64,000 nt of DNA from Gammaproteobacteria bacterium (GTDB taxonomy: Bacteria; Pseudomonadota; Gammaproteobacteria; JAJPIJ01). The position numbers and the translations under genes were made by a program. The stretch is from NCBI GenBank assembly GCA_041395385.1, contig JAWLAN010000009.1:110431-174430 (forward strand). Reading direction: 5' to 3'. Shown here piece by piece: positions 20,921 to 30,340 of the stretch (within the stretch, counting starts at the first letter, position 1; each line of letters starts with the position of its first letter). Under the pieces are notes generated by a model. It did no database searches. It was not told the origin of the DNA and worked only from the letters and a program-made list of their open reading frames with translations.

Positions 20921-21946
20921 ATGCGGCGCGACAACATCAATTACCTGGCGGTGGGCGTGTTCGTCCTGGCCGTCGGCGTGGCGTTCCTGTGGGTGCTATA
21001 CCGGCTCACCGGCAGCACCGGACCGACGGATCGCTACTACGCCATATTCGACAGCGTCGGCGGCATCAAGTACGGGACCGTGACCTACTACAAGGGCTAT
21101 CCCGTCGGCCAGGTCGAGTCGGTGCAGCCCGTGGTCACCGACAGCAGGGTCAATTATCGCGTCGAGTTCAGCGTCACCAAGGACTGGAAGATGCCGGTCG
21201 GGAGCGCCGCGGCCATCATGCTGCCGGGCCCCCTGGCGCCGGCGGTGATCGACATCCACGAGGGCAAAGGACCGGGCTGGATGAAGCCCGGCGATGAGCT
21301 CGACGGTGTGGAGCAGGCGGACATGTTCTCCGCGCTCAACGAGGCGGCGGCGGAATTCAAGAAGCTCACCAGCGAGGGACAGCCGCTGCTGCAGAGTCTC
21401 AACGACCGGATCACCGCGCTGAGCATCGAGTACGAGTCGCTGTCGAAGGAGCAGCTGCGGCCGCTGCTCGCCAGCCTGCGCCAGCGGGTGGACGATCCGG
21501 AGCTGTTCGACGAGCTCAAGAAGGTGGTCAAGAAGCTCGACGCCAGCGCCGAGGCGCTGCTGCAGACCGTCAACGCCGAGAACCGTCAGCATATCTCCTC
21601 CATCCTGACCAACGCCGACAAGGGTTCGGCGCAGCTGACCGAGCTGATGGGCCGCATAGAGGAGTCCCGCAAGCAGATGCACGAGCTGTTTCTCGCCATG
21701 GACGCGCTGGTCAGGGAGAACAGGGAGGGTATCAACCGGACCGTGGGCGACGCCTCGGTCACGATGCGGGAATTGCGCGGCAGCATCGAGGTGGTGGCAG
21801 ACAACATCGATGCGATCGTGCATTATCTGGAAGGCAGCGGCCGCAACATGCAGGAGTTCAGCCGCGAGGTGCGCGAGAACCCGAGCGTGCTCTTCCGCGG
21901 CGAGTCGACGCAGGACCCGCTGCCGGCCGGGAATAACAACAATTGA
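20921..21946 (+). CDS. MlaD/MCE domain protein
   Basis: N-terminal TM helix (NYLAVGVFVLAVGVAFLWVLY), then an MCE domain and a long coiled-coil tail. gggggaaagg SD. Confidence 0.7.
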   Translation: MRRDNINYLAVGVFVLAVGVAFLWVLYRLTGSTGPTDRYYAIFDSVGGIKYGTVTYYKGYPVGQVESVQPVVTDSRVNYRVEFSVTKDWKMPVGSAAAIMLPGPLAPAVIDIHEGKGPGWMKPGDELDGVEQADMFSALNEAAAEFKKLTSEGQPLLQSLNDRITALSIEYESLSKEQLRPLLASLRQRVDDPELFDELKKVVKKLDASAEALLQTVNAENRQHISSILTNADKGSAQLTELMGRIEESRKQMHELFLAMDALVRENREGINRTVGDASVTMRELRGSIEVVADNIDAIVHYLEGSGRNMQEFSREVRENPSVLFRGESTQDPLPAGNNNN

Positions 21947-21954
21947 GGAACTGG

Positions 21955-22587
21955 ATGATCGCTTCCGCACGGGCCATCTTGCCCATGCTGCTGGTGGCCG
22001 GAATGCTCGGCGGCTGCGGGCGCGGCGCGCCGATCCCCACCGACACGTACTATCGCCTGGCGGCGCCGCATATCGACGCCGAAGCCGGAGCGCCGCTCGC
22101 CGACGGCGGCATACTCGTGGAGGCATTCGAGGCCGATGCCCTTTACCGGGAGCGGCCGCTGCTTTTCAGCGAGGACGCGGCCAACCTGACGCTGAAGCAG
22201 TACCATCATCACCATTGGCAGGAATCCCCGCCGCGGCTGCTACGCGAGCAGCTCGTCCTGTACCTGCGCGCCGCCCACGCCGCGCCGTGGGTTGCCGGCC
22301 GCGCCGATCAGGCGCCGGCGATGGTCGTACGCGGACGCATCCGGCGCTTCGAGCACATCATCGGCGCGGATGCGGTGACCGCGCGTGTCGCCCTGGAGCT
22401 GCAACTGCGGGGGCAGGACGGAGAGATGCTGATGCTGCGCGACTATCAGCGTGACGAGCCGGCCGCGGGCAAGGACGTGGCCAGCGTGGTGGCGGCGACG
22501 GACGCCGCCCTGAACTCGGTGTTCGAGCAGTTTCTCGCCGACGCGCGCGCCGCCGTGCGCGCGCCCGCGACCGGCCGGTTGCCGTGA
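21955..22587 (+). CDS. ABC-type transport auxiliary lipoprotein (PqiC/DUF330-like)
   Basis: Lipobox LGGCG followed by the TDTYYRL motif typical of PqiC-family lipoproteins of Mce systems. gaggaa SD; 8 nt after the mlaD-like stop. Confidence 0.6.
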   Translation: MIASARAILPMLLVAGMLGGCGRGAPIPTDTYYRLAAPHIDAEAGAPLADGGILVEAFEADALYRERPLLFSEDAANLTLKQYHHHHWQESPPRLLREQLVLYLRAAHAAPWVAGRADQAPAMVVRGRIRRFEHIIGADAVTARVALELQLRGQDGEMLMLRDYQRDEPAAGKDVASVVAATDAALNSVFEQFLADARAAVRAPATGRLP

Positions 22588-24836
22588 AGGAATTCCTCGC
22601 CAAGTTCAGGCGGCACCGCGTGCGCATCATCGCGAGCCTCGCCACGCTCGCCATATTCCTGCTGCACGCGCGCGACGAGGAGGGCGGCCGCTTCCGCTGG
22701 GGCCTGATCGACAAGCTGGAGCACGTCGCCTACGACGCCCGCCTCGCTCTCAGCATGCCGCGCACGGTGGACCCGCGCATCGTCATCATCGACATCGACG
22801 AGAAGAGCCTCGCCGTGGAGGGGCGGTGGCCATGGCCGCGACAGCGGATCGCGGCGATGCTCGAGCAGCTGTTCGAGAAATACCGGGCGCGGCTGGTCGC
22901 CTTCGACGTGGTCTTCGCGGAGCCGGACCAGAGCTCCGGACTGCACGTGCTGGAGGGCCTCGCCGAAGGGGAGCTCAAGACCGTGCCGGAGTTCGGACAG
23001 ACCCTTGCCCGCCTGCGGCCGTCGCTGGACGGCGATGCCGTGCTTGCCGAGACGATGAAGAAGTACCCGGTGGTGCTCGGCTACTTCTTCAACGAGGCCA
23101 ATCCGGCGCGCTCCGGCGCCCTGCCGCCGCCGACCTTCGTGAAGGGCAGCTTCCCCGGCAAGCGCGTCGACTTCCTGAAGGCGGTGGGCTACGGCGGCAA
23201 TCTCGAACAACTGGTGAAGGTTGCCGCGGGAGCCGGGCACTTCAACCCCTCGCTCGACGTCGACGGGGTGGTCCGGCGGGTGCCGATGGTGTTCTCCTTC
23301 GAGGATGCGCAGTACGAGGCGCTCTCGCTCGCGGTCGCGCGGCAGTATCTCGCGGTGAAGGAGGTGCGGGCGGAGTTCGAGCCGGTGCCCGCGATGGCGC
23401 GGCGCAATTATTCGGGGCTGGAGTGGTTGCAGGTCGGCAAGGGGCGCATACCGGTCGACGAGTATGTGCAGGCGCTGGTGCCCTACCGTGGCGCGCAGGG
23501 CAGCTTTCCGTACGTCTCGGCCACCGACGTCATCACCGGCAAGGCCGATCCCGGCGTGCTGAAGGAGGGCGTGATCGTGCTGGTCGGAACGACCGCCGCG
23601 GGTCTGCTGGACATGCGGACCACGCCGGTGCAGCGCGCCTATCCCGGCGTGGAGATCCACGCGAACCTGGTCGCCGGCATACTCGACGGGAAGCTCATGC
23701 AGCGACCCGCCTACGTGCGCGGGCTGGAGTTCATCCTGCTGCTGCTGTTCGGAATCGTGTTCGCCCTGGCGCTGCCGGCGCTCAGCCCCCTGGCGGCCAC
23801 GCTCACGGCCGCCGGCATGCTGGCCGCCTACGTCGGCCTGAACCTGGTGTTCTGGCAGGTCGGCAAGATGGTCGTGCCGGTCGCCACCGGCATCTTCACC
23901 ATGCTGGCCATGTTCCTGTTGAACATGTCGTACGGCTACTTCATCGAGACGCGCGGCAAGCGCCAGCTGACGAGCCTCTTCGGACAGTACGTGCCGCCGG
24001 AGCTCGTCGACGAAATGGCCCGCGATCCGGAGAAATATTCGCTGGAGGCGGAATCCCGCGAGATGACGGTGCTGTTCTCCGACGTCCGCGGCTTCACCTC
24101 GATCTCCGAGGGGCTCGAGCCGAGGCAGCTCTCGGAGCTCATGAACCAGCTGCTCACGCCCATGACGCAGGTGATCCATCTGCAGCGCGGCACGATCGAC
24201 AAGTACATGGGCGACGCGATCATGGCCTTCTGGGGGGCCCCCGTGCCCGACCCCAACCACGCCGCCAACGCCGTCACCGCGGCGCTGCAGATGATGGCCA
24301 AGCTCGGGGAGATCAACGCCTCGTTCCGGCAGCGGCGCTGGCCGGAGATCCACATCGGCGTGGGCATCAACACCGGGACGATGAACGTCGGCAACATGGG
24401 CTCGGAGTTCCGCATGGCGTACACCGTGCTCGGCGACGCGGTGAACCTGGGGTCGCGCCTGGAAGGCCTGACCAAGGGCTACGGCGTGGGCATCATCGTC
24501 AGCGAGAGCACCGCAAAGGGTGCGCCGCAGTTCGCCTATCGCGAGCTGGACGTGGTGCGGGTGAAGGGCAAGGACAGGCCGGTGGCCATCTACGAGCCGC
24601 TGGGACCCCTCAGCAGCATGGACGCGCGCATGCGCGATGAGATCAAGCTGTATCGCCAGGCGCTGAAATACTACCGCGCGCAGGAATGGGACATGGCCGA
24701 GCTGCAGTTTCTCAACCTGGCGAAGTCCTCCTCCTCGCCGCAGCTGTACTCGATGTACGCGGAGCGGGTGGCGCACTTCCGTCGCGAGCCGCCGCCGGCC
24801 AACTGGGACGGCGTCTTCACCCACACCAGCAAGTAG
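22584..24836 (+). CDS. CHASE2 sensor domain-containing class III adenylate/guanylate cyclase
   Basis: N-terminal CHASE2 (RWPWPRQRIAAML...), TM helices, C-terminal CYCc (MTVLFSDVRGFTSISEGL...GDAIMAFWGAP). GTG start overlaps the lipoprotein stop (GTGA). Confidence 0.8.
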   Translation: MKEFLAKFRRHRVRIIASLATLAIFLLHARDEEGGRFRWGLIDKLEHVAYDARLALSMPRTVDPRIVIIDIDEKSLAVEGRWPWPRQRIAAMLEQLFEKYRARLVAFDVVFAEPDQSSGLHVLEGLAEGELKTVPEFGQTLARLRPSLDGDAVLAETMKKYPVVLGYFFNEANPARSGALPPPTFVKGSFPGKRVDFLKAVGYGGNLEQLVKVAAGAGHFNPSLDVDGVVRRVPMVFSFEDAQYEALSLAVARQYLAVKEVRAEFEPVPAMARRNYSGLEWLQVGKGRIPVDEYVQALVPYRGAQGSFPYVSATDVITGKADPGVLKEGVIVLVGTTAAGLLDMRTTPVQRAYPGVEIHANLVAGILDGKLMQRPAYVRGLEFILLLLFGIVFALALPALSPLAATLTAAGMLAAYVGLNLVFWQVGKMVVPVATGIFTMLAMFLLNMSYGYFIETRGKRQLTSLFGQYVPPELVDEMARDPEKYSLEAESREMTVLFSDVRGFTSISEGLEPRQLSELMNQLLTPMTQVIHLQRGTIDKYMGDAIMAFWGAPVPDPNHAANAVTAALQMMAKLGEINASFRQRRWPEIHIGVGINTGTMNVGNMGSEFRMAYTVLGDAVNLGSRLEGLTKGYGVGIIVSESTAKGAPQFAYRELDVVRVKGKDRPVAIYEPLGPLSSMDARMRDEIKLYRQALKYYRAQEWDMAELQFLNLAKSSSSPQLYSMYAERVAHFRREPPPANWDGVFTHTSK

Positions 24837-24884
24837 CGGGGCATGGTGGCCGCCTTACGGCGGTTCGCAGGCCGTACAAACGAA

Positions 24885-24912
24885 AAGGCCCGATGCGTGC
24901 GCGCCGGGCCTT
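24885..24912. terminator. bidirectional rho-independent terminator between convergent cyclase and FHA genes
   Basis: aaggcccg...cgggcctt 8-bp stem. A-tract on one side and T-rich run (ttttcgtttgt on the minus strand) on the other. Confidence 0.55.
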
Positions 24913-24945
24913 CTGTCGTGATCGTCGCGGGCGAGGGGGCGCCGT

Positions 24946-25683
24946 TCAGCGCGTCAGGGTGAACTCCATCTTGATGCCGGCCAGCTCCACGATGTCGCCG
25001 TTGCCCAGGCCGTAGGCCTGCGGACCGATCGGATTGCCGTTGACGATGGGGTAGTTGGTGCCGCCGCCGTCGCTCTCGATGTGGGTCAGGAAATAGCCCT
25101 GAGGCCGGCGGGAGATGACGGCAACCTGCACCCCCGGCTTGCCGAGCGTGATGAGCGCCTTGGTGAGTTCGAGTTCCCGGCCGGCGATGGGGCCGTTCAG
25201 CACGCGCAGCTTGCCGAGCGGCATGCCGGAGCTCGCGACCGCGGGCGCCACGCTCTCGCTCAGGTTGGGCGGGCGTTGCGGGTGCGCCGGCGCGACCCCG
25301 GCGGCAGCGGCGGCCTGCACGCTGGCCGCGGCGGCGCTGGCCGTGCCCGGGCGGATGATCATGGTCTTCTCGAAGTCCTCGTCATGCGCCGTGGCATGCT
25401 CGTTGACGTACTTCAGCTCGTGCTTGCCGATGGCGATTACGTCGCCGTCGCGCAGCGCGTGCTTCTTGATCAGCTTGCCGTTGACGTAGGTCCCGTTGGT
25501 GCTGCCCAGGTCTTCCAGGAAGGAGTCGTCGAGGATGGTGATGATGAGGGCGTGCTTGCCGCTGACAGCGAGATTGTCGATCTGGATGTCGTTGTCAGGC
25601 TTACGGCCTATCGTCGTCCGTTCCTTGGTGAGCGTGAATTCGCGCTGGACGGCACCGTTCAAACTGAGGATCAATTTAGCCAT
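24946..25683 (-). CDS. FHA domain-containing protein (two FHA domains, Ala-rich linker)
   Basis: N-terminal FHA (TIGRKPDNDIQIDNLAVSGKHA...GSTNGTYVNG) and a second C-terminal FHA-like domain. Confidence 0.75.
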   Translation of the reverse strand: MAKLILSLNGAVQREFTLTKERTTIGRKPDNDIQIDNLAVSGKHALIITILDDSFLEDLGSTNGTYVNGKLIKKHALRDGDVIAIGKHELKYVNEHATAHDEDFEKTMIIRPGTASAAAASVQAAAAAGVAPAHPQRPPNLSESVAPAVASSGMPLGKLRVLNGPIAGRELELTKALITLGKPGVQVAVISRRPQGYFLTHIESDGGGTNYPIVNGNPIGPQAYGLGNGDIVELAGIKMEFTLTR

Positions 25684-25697
25684 AGGCCCCTATCCCG

Positions 25698-26531
25698 TTA
25701 TCGCCCTTTCTTTATCCGACCCAAGACATTGTTATACCAGCTCGTTTTGGCCGGAAAGGCACTCAAGACACGTGCCAAGATCACGGACACGTTGTCCTTC
25801 CCCCCGTTCGCATTGGCGATGCGAACCAGTTCGCTACCCGCTTTTTCAAGATTAGCACTAAATTTTCTGAGGGTTAAGCGAATATCTTCATCAGACATCA
25901 TATCATTTAACCCATCCGAGCAAAGCAGGTAGACGTCCCCCGGCAGGGCCGGCTCCTCCTTGATGTCCACCTCGACGTTCTCCTCCACGCCCAGGGCGCG
26001 CGTAACGAGGTTCTTCGGGGTGTTGGCCAGCGCCTCTTCCTTTGTCAAAAATCCCCTTGTAACAAGCTCTTGCACCAGGGAATGGTCGCTCGTGACCTGC
26101 TCGAACAGCTCTCCGCGCAGGCGATAAAGCCGGGAATCGCCGACGTGTGCAACGCAAAAACGGTTGTCGTAGAAGAGCACCGCCAGGGCCGTGGTCCCCA
26201 TCCCGTTGCACTGCGATTCGGTATTGGCGGTCTTGTAGATGTGGAGGTTGGCGTCGCGGATGGCCTTGCGCAGCAGGCTCGCGCCGTGGCTCAGCCCGGT
26301 CTCGGCGTCCGGTGCGTAGGCCGGCCGTATGGCCAGGCCCTGCTTGACCTGGTTCACCGTGACGCTCACGGCAATGGCGCTGGCGACCTCGCCGGCCTTG
26401 TAGCCGCCCATGCCGTCGGCCACCATCGCGAAGCCCAGGGCGGTGTCGGTGGCGGTGCTGTCCTCGTTGCGCGTGCGCTTCTGGCCGGGATCCGAGAAAT
26501 TCGCCATCTGCAGCACGCTTGCCAAGCTCAT
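25698..26531 (-). CDS. PP2C-family Ser/Thr protein phosphatase (Stp-like)
   Basis: PPM motifs (RTRNEDS; MVADGMGG; CSDGL). ggggagag SD upstream of the ATG at 26531, 13 nt after the kinase stop. Confidence 0.8.
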   Translation of the reverse strand: MSLASVLQMANFSDPGQKRTRNEDSTATDTALGFAMVADGMGGYKAGEVASAIAVSVTVNQVKQGLAIRPAYAPDAETGLSHGASLLRKAIRDANLHIYKTANTESQCNGMGTTALAVLFYDNRFCVAHVGDSRLYRLRGELFEQVTSDHSLVQELVTRGFLTKEEALANTPKNLVTRALGVEENVEVDIKEEPALPGDVYLLCSDGLNDMMSDEDIRLTLRKFSANLEKAGSELVRIANANGGKDNVSVILARVLSAFPAKTSWYNNVLGRIKKGR

Positions 26532-26544
26532 CTTCTCTCCCCGG

Positions 26545-29091
26545 TCACGAGCTCTTCCTCTGCGCGCAGGCCTGCAGATCGCGCGCGAACTCCCCGCCGG
26601 TCTGATAGCGCTTGGCCAGGTCTTTCTCGAGGGCCTTGTTGATGACGGTCTGCAGGCACGGCTTGGTACGGGCCAGCTCCGGGCGCGCCTCCAGGATGTC
26701 GGTGTGCGGCTCGTTGGCGATCTTGTACATCAGCGTGGCCATGGAGTCGCCGCGGAACGGCAGGCGGCCGCAGAGCAGCTGGTAGAACGTCACCCCGAGC
26801 GAGAACAGGTCGGAGCGGCCGTCGATCTTGCGGCCGGCGAGCTGCTCCGGGGACATGTAGGAGGGGGTGCCGAGCACCATGCCGGTCTTGGTCTTGCTCG
26901 AATCGGTGATGCGCGCGATGCCGAAGTCCGTCAGCTTGATGGCCTTGGCCTGCGGGTCGTACATGATGTTCGCCGGCTTGATGTCGCGGTGCACGACGTG
27001 CTGCCCGTGCGCATAATCCAGTGCCAGCGCCGACTTGTAGATGATGCCCATCACCAGCGGCACCGGCAGCAGCGCGTCCTCCTTGGTGTAGCGGGTGAGG
27101 TCGTGGCCGGTGAGAAACTCCATGGCGATGTAGGCCAGATCGTGCTCCTCGCCGGCATCGTAGATGGTGACGATGTTCGGGTGCTGCAGGCGGCCCGCGG
27201 TCTCGGCCTCGCGGAAGAATCGCTGCTTCACCTCGTCGAGCTCGTCGGCGTCGAACTCCTGGGAGAGCGCCAGGGTCTTGATGGCCACCACGCGGTTGAT
27301 CTTCGGGTCGCGCCCCAGGTAGACGATGCCCATGGCGCCCTTGCCGAGCTCCTTCTCGACCTGGTAGCGGCCGAGCATCGGCTTCTGCAGCGAGCCGTCC
27401 TCCAGCAGCAGCGTTCCGCCCGGGTGCGGGTTGGCGCCGCCCAGGAGGATGGTGTCCTCCATCTGCTTGGAGCGCGTCATGCGCGTCTCCAGATCGCGGA
27501 ACTTCGGATCGTGGCCCGACATGTACTGGTAGACGGAGTAGGCCTTGGCGAACTGCCGCTTGCGCTCGAAGTCCAGCGCCAGGTTGTAAAGCGGGTCCAT
27601 CATCGAGTCCTCGAGCGGGCACTTGCGGAACTTCTCGAACGCCATGTCGTACTGGCCCTGCTGCTGGAACGCCAGACCGAGCATGCGATTGCTCTCCGCG
27701 GATTCGGTGTCGGCCTTGAGCTTGCCGCGCTCGGTCACCAGGAAGCGCTTGGTGGTCAGCAGCAGGTGCCCGCATACCAGCAGCAGCGCCGCGAGCATCG
27801 TCTGCAGCCAGTTCCCGGACTTCATCGAGAAGAAGCTCAGGGCCAGCAACGCGAGCAGCGCTCCGGCGGTGGCGATCGCGGCGTGACCGGCCTTCAGGCG
27901 CGGCAGCAGATAGGCGAGATACGCGCCGACCAGCAGGAACAGCAGGATCTCCACCCAGATGGCCCAGGCCGGGACCACGAAGAAATTCTCGTTGAGGATG
28001 CTCGCCACGGAGTGCGCGAGGATCAGCACCGGCGGCATCTCCGCCACCGGCGTGTGGAAGGAGTCGCCGACGCCGAATGCGCTGGCGCCGATCAGCACCG
28101 TCTTGCCGGCGTACTTCGAAGCGGGGATCTTGCCGGAGTAGACGTCGTAGAAGGAATCCACCTGGAAGGCCGGCTCGCCGGAGGGCTTGTTCTTGTAGAA
28201 GAACGTGTTCATCCGCGAGATCTGGTCCGTGCGGATCGCGAGCTTGCCCAGGTGCACCGACTCGCCCTTCACCAGCCTGATGTCGCCGCTGCCCAGGTTG
28301 AGCGTGCGGGCCGCGATCGCCAGCGCCATGGACGGGTAGTAACGGTTGTAATAGTTCACCGCCAGCAGATCGGTGCGGATGCCGCCGTCGGCGTCCTGCC
28401 ATTGATTGACGTGGCCGATGGCGCTGGCGCGCGAGCCCAGGCCTTCGATGGGGGTGAAGATCTGGCGGGCCGGGAAGGCGTCGAATCCCTCCACGGCACC
28501 GGAGGAGACATTGGCGTCGTCGATGGCGTTCTGCTCCATGAACGCCGGCGTCGGATTGTCCGGGTTGCCCAGGGGCTCGCCCAGCTCGAAGAGGTTGGCC
28601 ATCACCACGTTGCCGGCCTTCTCGATGGCCGTGGCCAGGTTCTGATCGTAGTCCAGCTCGGTCTTTGCCGCGGCGAGCTCGGTGCCGAGCTCGACTACGG
28701 CCGCGTCGCCGCTGCCCTCCAGCCCGCGTTGCTTGTAGAGATCCAGCAGCCTGTTGATGCGCTCCAGGCCCGGGTCGGCCTGCGGTTCGGTGTACAGCAC
28801 GGTGCTGGCGATGACCTTGGCGCCCGCGGCCGCCAGCATCTCGACCATCTCCGCATGGACCTTGCGGGCCCACGGCCAGCGGCCGATGTTGCTGATGCTG
28901 CTGTCGTCGATGGCGACCACGGCGATCTGGGTGCCGGGGTCGCGCGTGGAGGTGCGCGCCCCGAAGTCGTACGCGGCGCGCTCGATCGTTTCCACCCACG
29001 CCGGACGGTTGCCCATGAGGAACAGGGCAAGAAAGAGCAGCGTGAGGGCCACCCCGGCAAACCAGTCGGTAGTCCAGAACTTCTTGCGCAT
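26545..29091 (-). CDS. CHASE2 sensor domain-containing Ser/Thr protein kinase (Hanks-type) with TPR-like linker
   Basis: N-terminal CHASE2 (GRWPWARKVHAEMV), TM region, C-terminal kinase (GKGAMGIVYLG...VAIK...HRDIKPANIMY...DFGIA...SPE). Confidence 0.85.
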   Translation of the reverse strand: MRKKFWTTDWFAGVALTLLFLALFLMGNRPAWVETIERAAYDFGARTSTRDPGTQIAVVAIDDSSISNIGRWPWARKVHAEMVEMLAAAGAKVIASTVLYTEPQADPGLERINRLLDLYKQRGLEGSGDAAVVELGTELAAAKTELDYDQNLATAIEKAGNVVMANLFELGEPLGNPDNPTPAFMEQNAIDDANVSSGAVEGFDAFPARQIFTPIEGLGSRASAIGHVNQWQDADGGIRTDLLAVNYYNRYYPSMALAIAARTLNLGSGDIRLVKGESVHLGKLAIRTDQISRMNTFFYKNKPSGEPAFQVDSFYDVYSGKIPASKYAGKTVLIGASAFGVGDSFHTPVAEMPPVLILAHSVASILNENFFVVPAWAIWVEILLFLLVGAYLAYLLPRLKAGHAAIATAGALLALLALSFFSMKSGNWLQTMLAALLLVCGHLLLTTKRFLVTERGKLKADTESAESNRMLGLAFQQQGQYDMAFEKFRKCPLEDSMMDPLYNLALDFERKRQFAKAYSVYQYMSGHDPKFRDLETRMTRSKQMEDTILLGGANPHPGGTLLLEDGSLQKPMLGRYQVEKELGKGAMGIVYLGRDPKINRVVAIKTLALSQEFDADELDEVKQRFFREAETAGRLQHPNIVTIYDAGEEHDLAYIAMEFLTGHDLTRYTKEDALLPVPLVMGIIYKSALALDYAHGQHVVHRDIKPANIMYDPQAKAIKLTDFGIARITDSSKTKTGMVLGTPSYMSPEQLAGRKIDGRSDLFSLGVTFYQLLCGRLPFRGDSMATLMYKIANEPHTDILEARPELARTKPCLQTVINKALEKDLAKRYQTGGEFARDLQACAQRKSS

Positions 29092-29240
29092 GGTGGATTT
29101 CGCCGGATGACGGTCTTTATTGTTCTACGGCCTAGTCTAGCCGAAAGTGCCTTCGGCACTAAGCGCAGCATGGCGTCAGGACTGGGCGGGCGCGCCCGGA
29201 AGTGTGCCCCGTCGCACTGTTTCCCCGCGGTCGCGGCGTG

Positions 29241-29708
29241 TCAGCCGCCCTGCCCGCACCACTTGTCGGCTTCCTTCTGCGCCGCGGCCTCGGCCTCGGC
29301 GCGCTCCTCCTTGGTCAGGACCCGGTGGTCCTTGCCCTCGCCGTCTTCGTAGAGGTAGCTGGCATTCCGGTACTTCTCCAGCAGGTCCCTGGCCTTCAGG
29401 CAGTTCTCCCGGCGCATCGCCTTCTCCTCGGCGATCCGCGCCTGGGCCTCGGCGTCCTCCGCGCGTTCCTGCTCGAACTGCCTCAGCAGCCGCCGGGTCT
29501 TTTCATCGCGGGCGGCGGCATCTCCATCCGGGGACGGCTCCGCGGCCCGGACCTCGATCTTCTCCGCCGCCGCCGCGTCCGGCCGGTCGCCGTAATGGAC
29601 CTTCCCGTTCGCATCGACCCACTTGTACACGTCGCGCGCGGCCGCCTGCGGCCCCAGCAGCAGGATCGCCATCACCGCGGCAAAGGTCATGCGCAGCGTC
29701 ATCTTCAT
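29241..29708 (-). CDS. DUF4124 domain-containing secreted protein
   Basis: Signal peptide, then DVYKWVDANGKVHYGDRP (DUF4124), then a charged coiled region. Confidence 0.6.
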   Translation of the reverse strand: MKMTLRMTFAAVMAILLLGPQAAARDVYKWVDANGKVHYGDRPDAAAAEKIEVRAAEPSPDGDAAARDEKTRRLLRQFEQERAEDAEAQARIAEEKAMRRENCLKARDLLEKYRNASYLYEDGEGKDHRVLTKEERAEAEAAAQKEADKWCGQGG

Positions 29709-29900
29709 TTCCTTGAGGCTGTCGTCCCTCGCGCCGCCGCCCGCGGCGGTGCGCGTCCTTGGTTTTCGGAATTGTAGGCCAAAAGTTTAGTCGCAGCGGC
29801 GCCCCGGGGCGGTGGAAACGCGGCGCAAGCGGACGCATCAGGAACGAAAAAGCGGCCATCAGGCCGCTTTCTCAGGGTACGGCGGTCGCCGTGGGGATTC

Positions 29901-30224
29901 TCAGCGCTCCAGCTTGTCGAGCTTGCTCTTCACGTCCTTCCACTCTTCGGCCTCCGGCAGGGGGTCCTTGACCTCGTTGATCACCGGCCAGGCCTTGGAG
30001 AGCTCGGCGTTCAGGGCCAGGAAATGATTCTGGTCCGAGGGCAGGTCGTCCTCCGAGCAGATGGCGTTGACCGGGCATTCCGGTTCGCAAAGCGTGCAGT
30101 CGATGCACTCGTCGGGGTCGATGACGAGCATGTTGGGACCTTCGTGGAAGCAGTCCACGGGGCACACCTCCACGCAATCGGTGTACTTGCACTTGATGCA
30201 GGCCTCGGTGACGACAAATGCCAT
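29901..30224 (-). CDS. fdxA: ferredoxin (7Fe Azotobacter-type FdxA)
   Basis: [26 protein letters not shown]...[12 protein letters not shown], the [3Fe-4S][4Fe-4S] Cys pattern. Confidence 0.85.
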   Translation of the reverse strand: MAFVVTEACIKCKYTDCVEVCPVDCFHEGPNMLVIDPDECIDCTLCEPECPVNAICSEDDLPSDQNHFLALNAELSKAWPVINEVKDPLPEAEEWKDVKSKLDKLER

Positions 30225-30340
30225 GACTTCTCTCGCTGGTGGGATCTGGTGAACCTACCCGGATTATATCGGTGTGGCGGCCATTTGCGAATCGCCCGGT
30301 CGCATTCCGAAACACGACCTGATTCGCATCGAGCCGCCTC

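Noticed and set aside
22446-24824. 792-aa - strand ORF antisense to the CHASE2 cyclase
   Set aside because: Shadow ORF; the sense strand encodes clear CHASE2 and CYCc domains.
26410-29352. 980-aa + strand ORF antisense to the CHASE2 Ser/Thr kinase
   Set aside because: Shadow ORF; the - strand carries all Hanks kinase subdomains.
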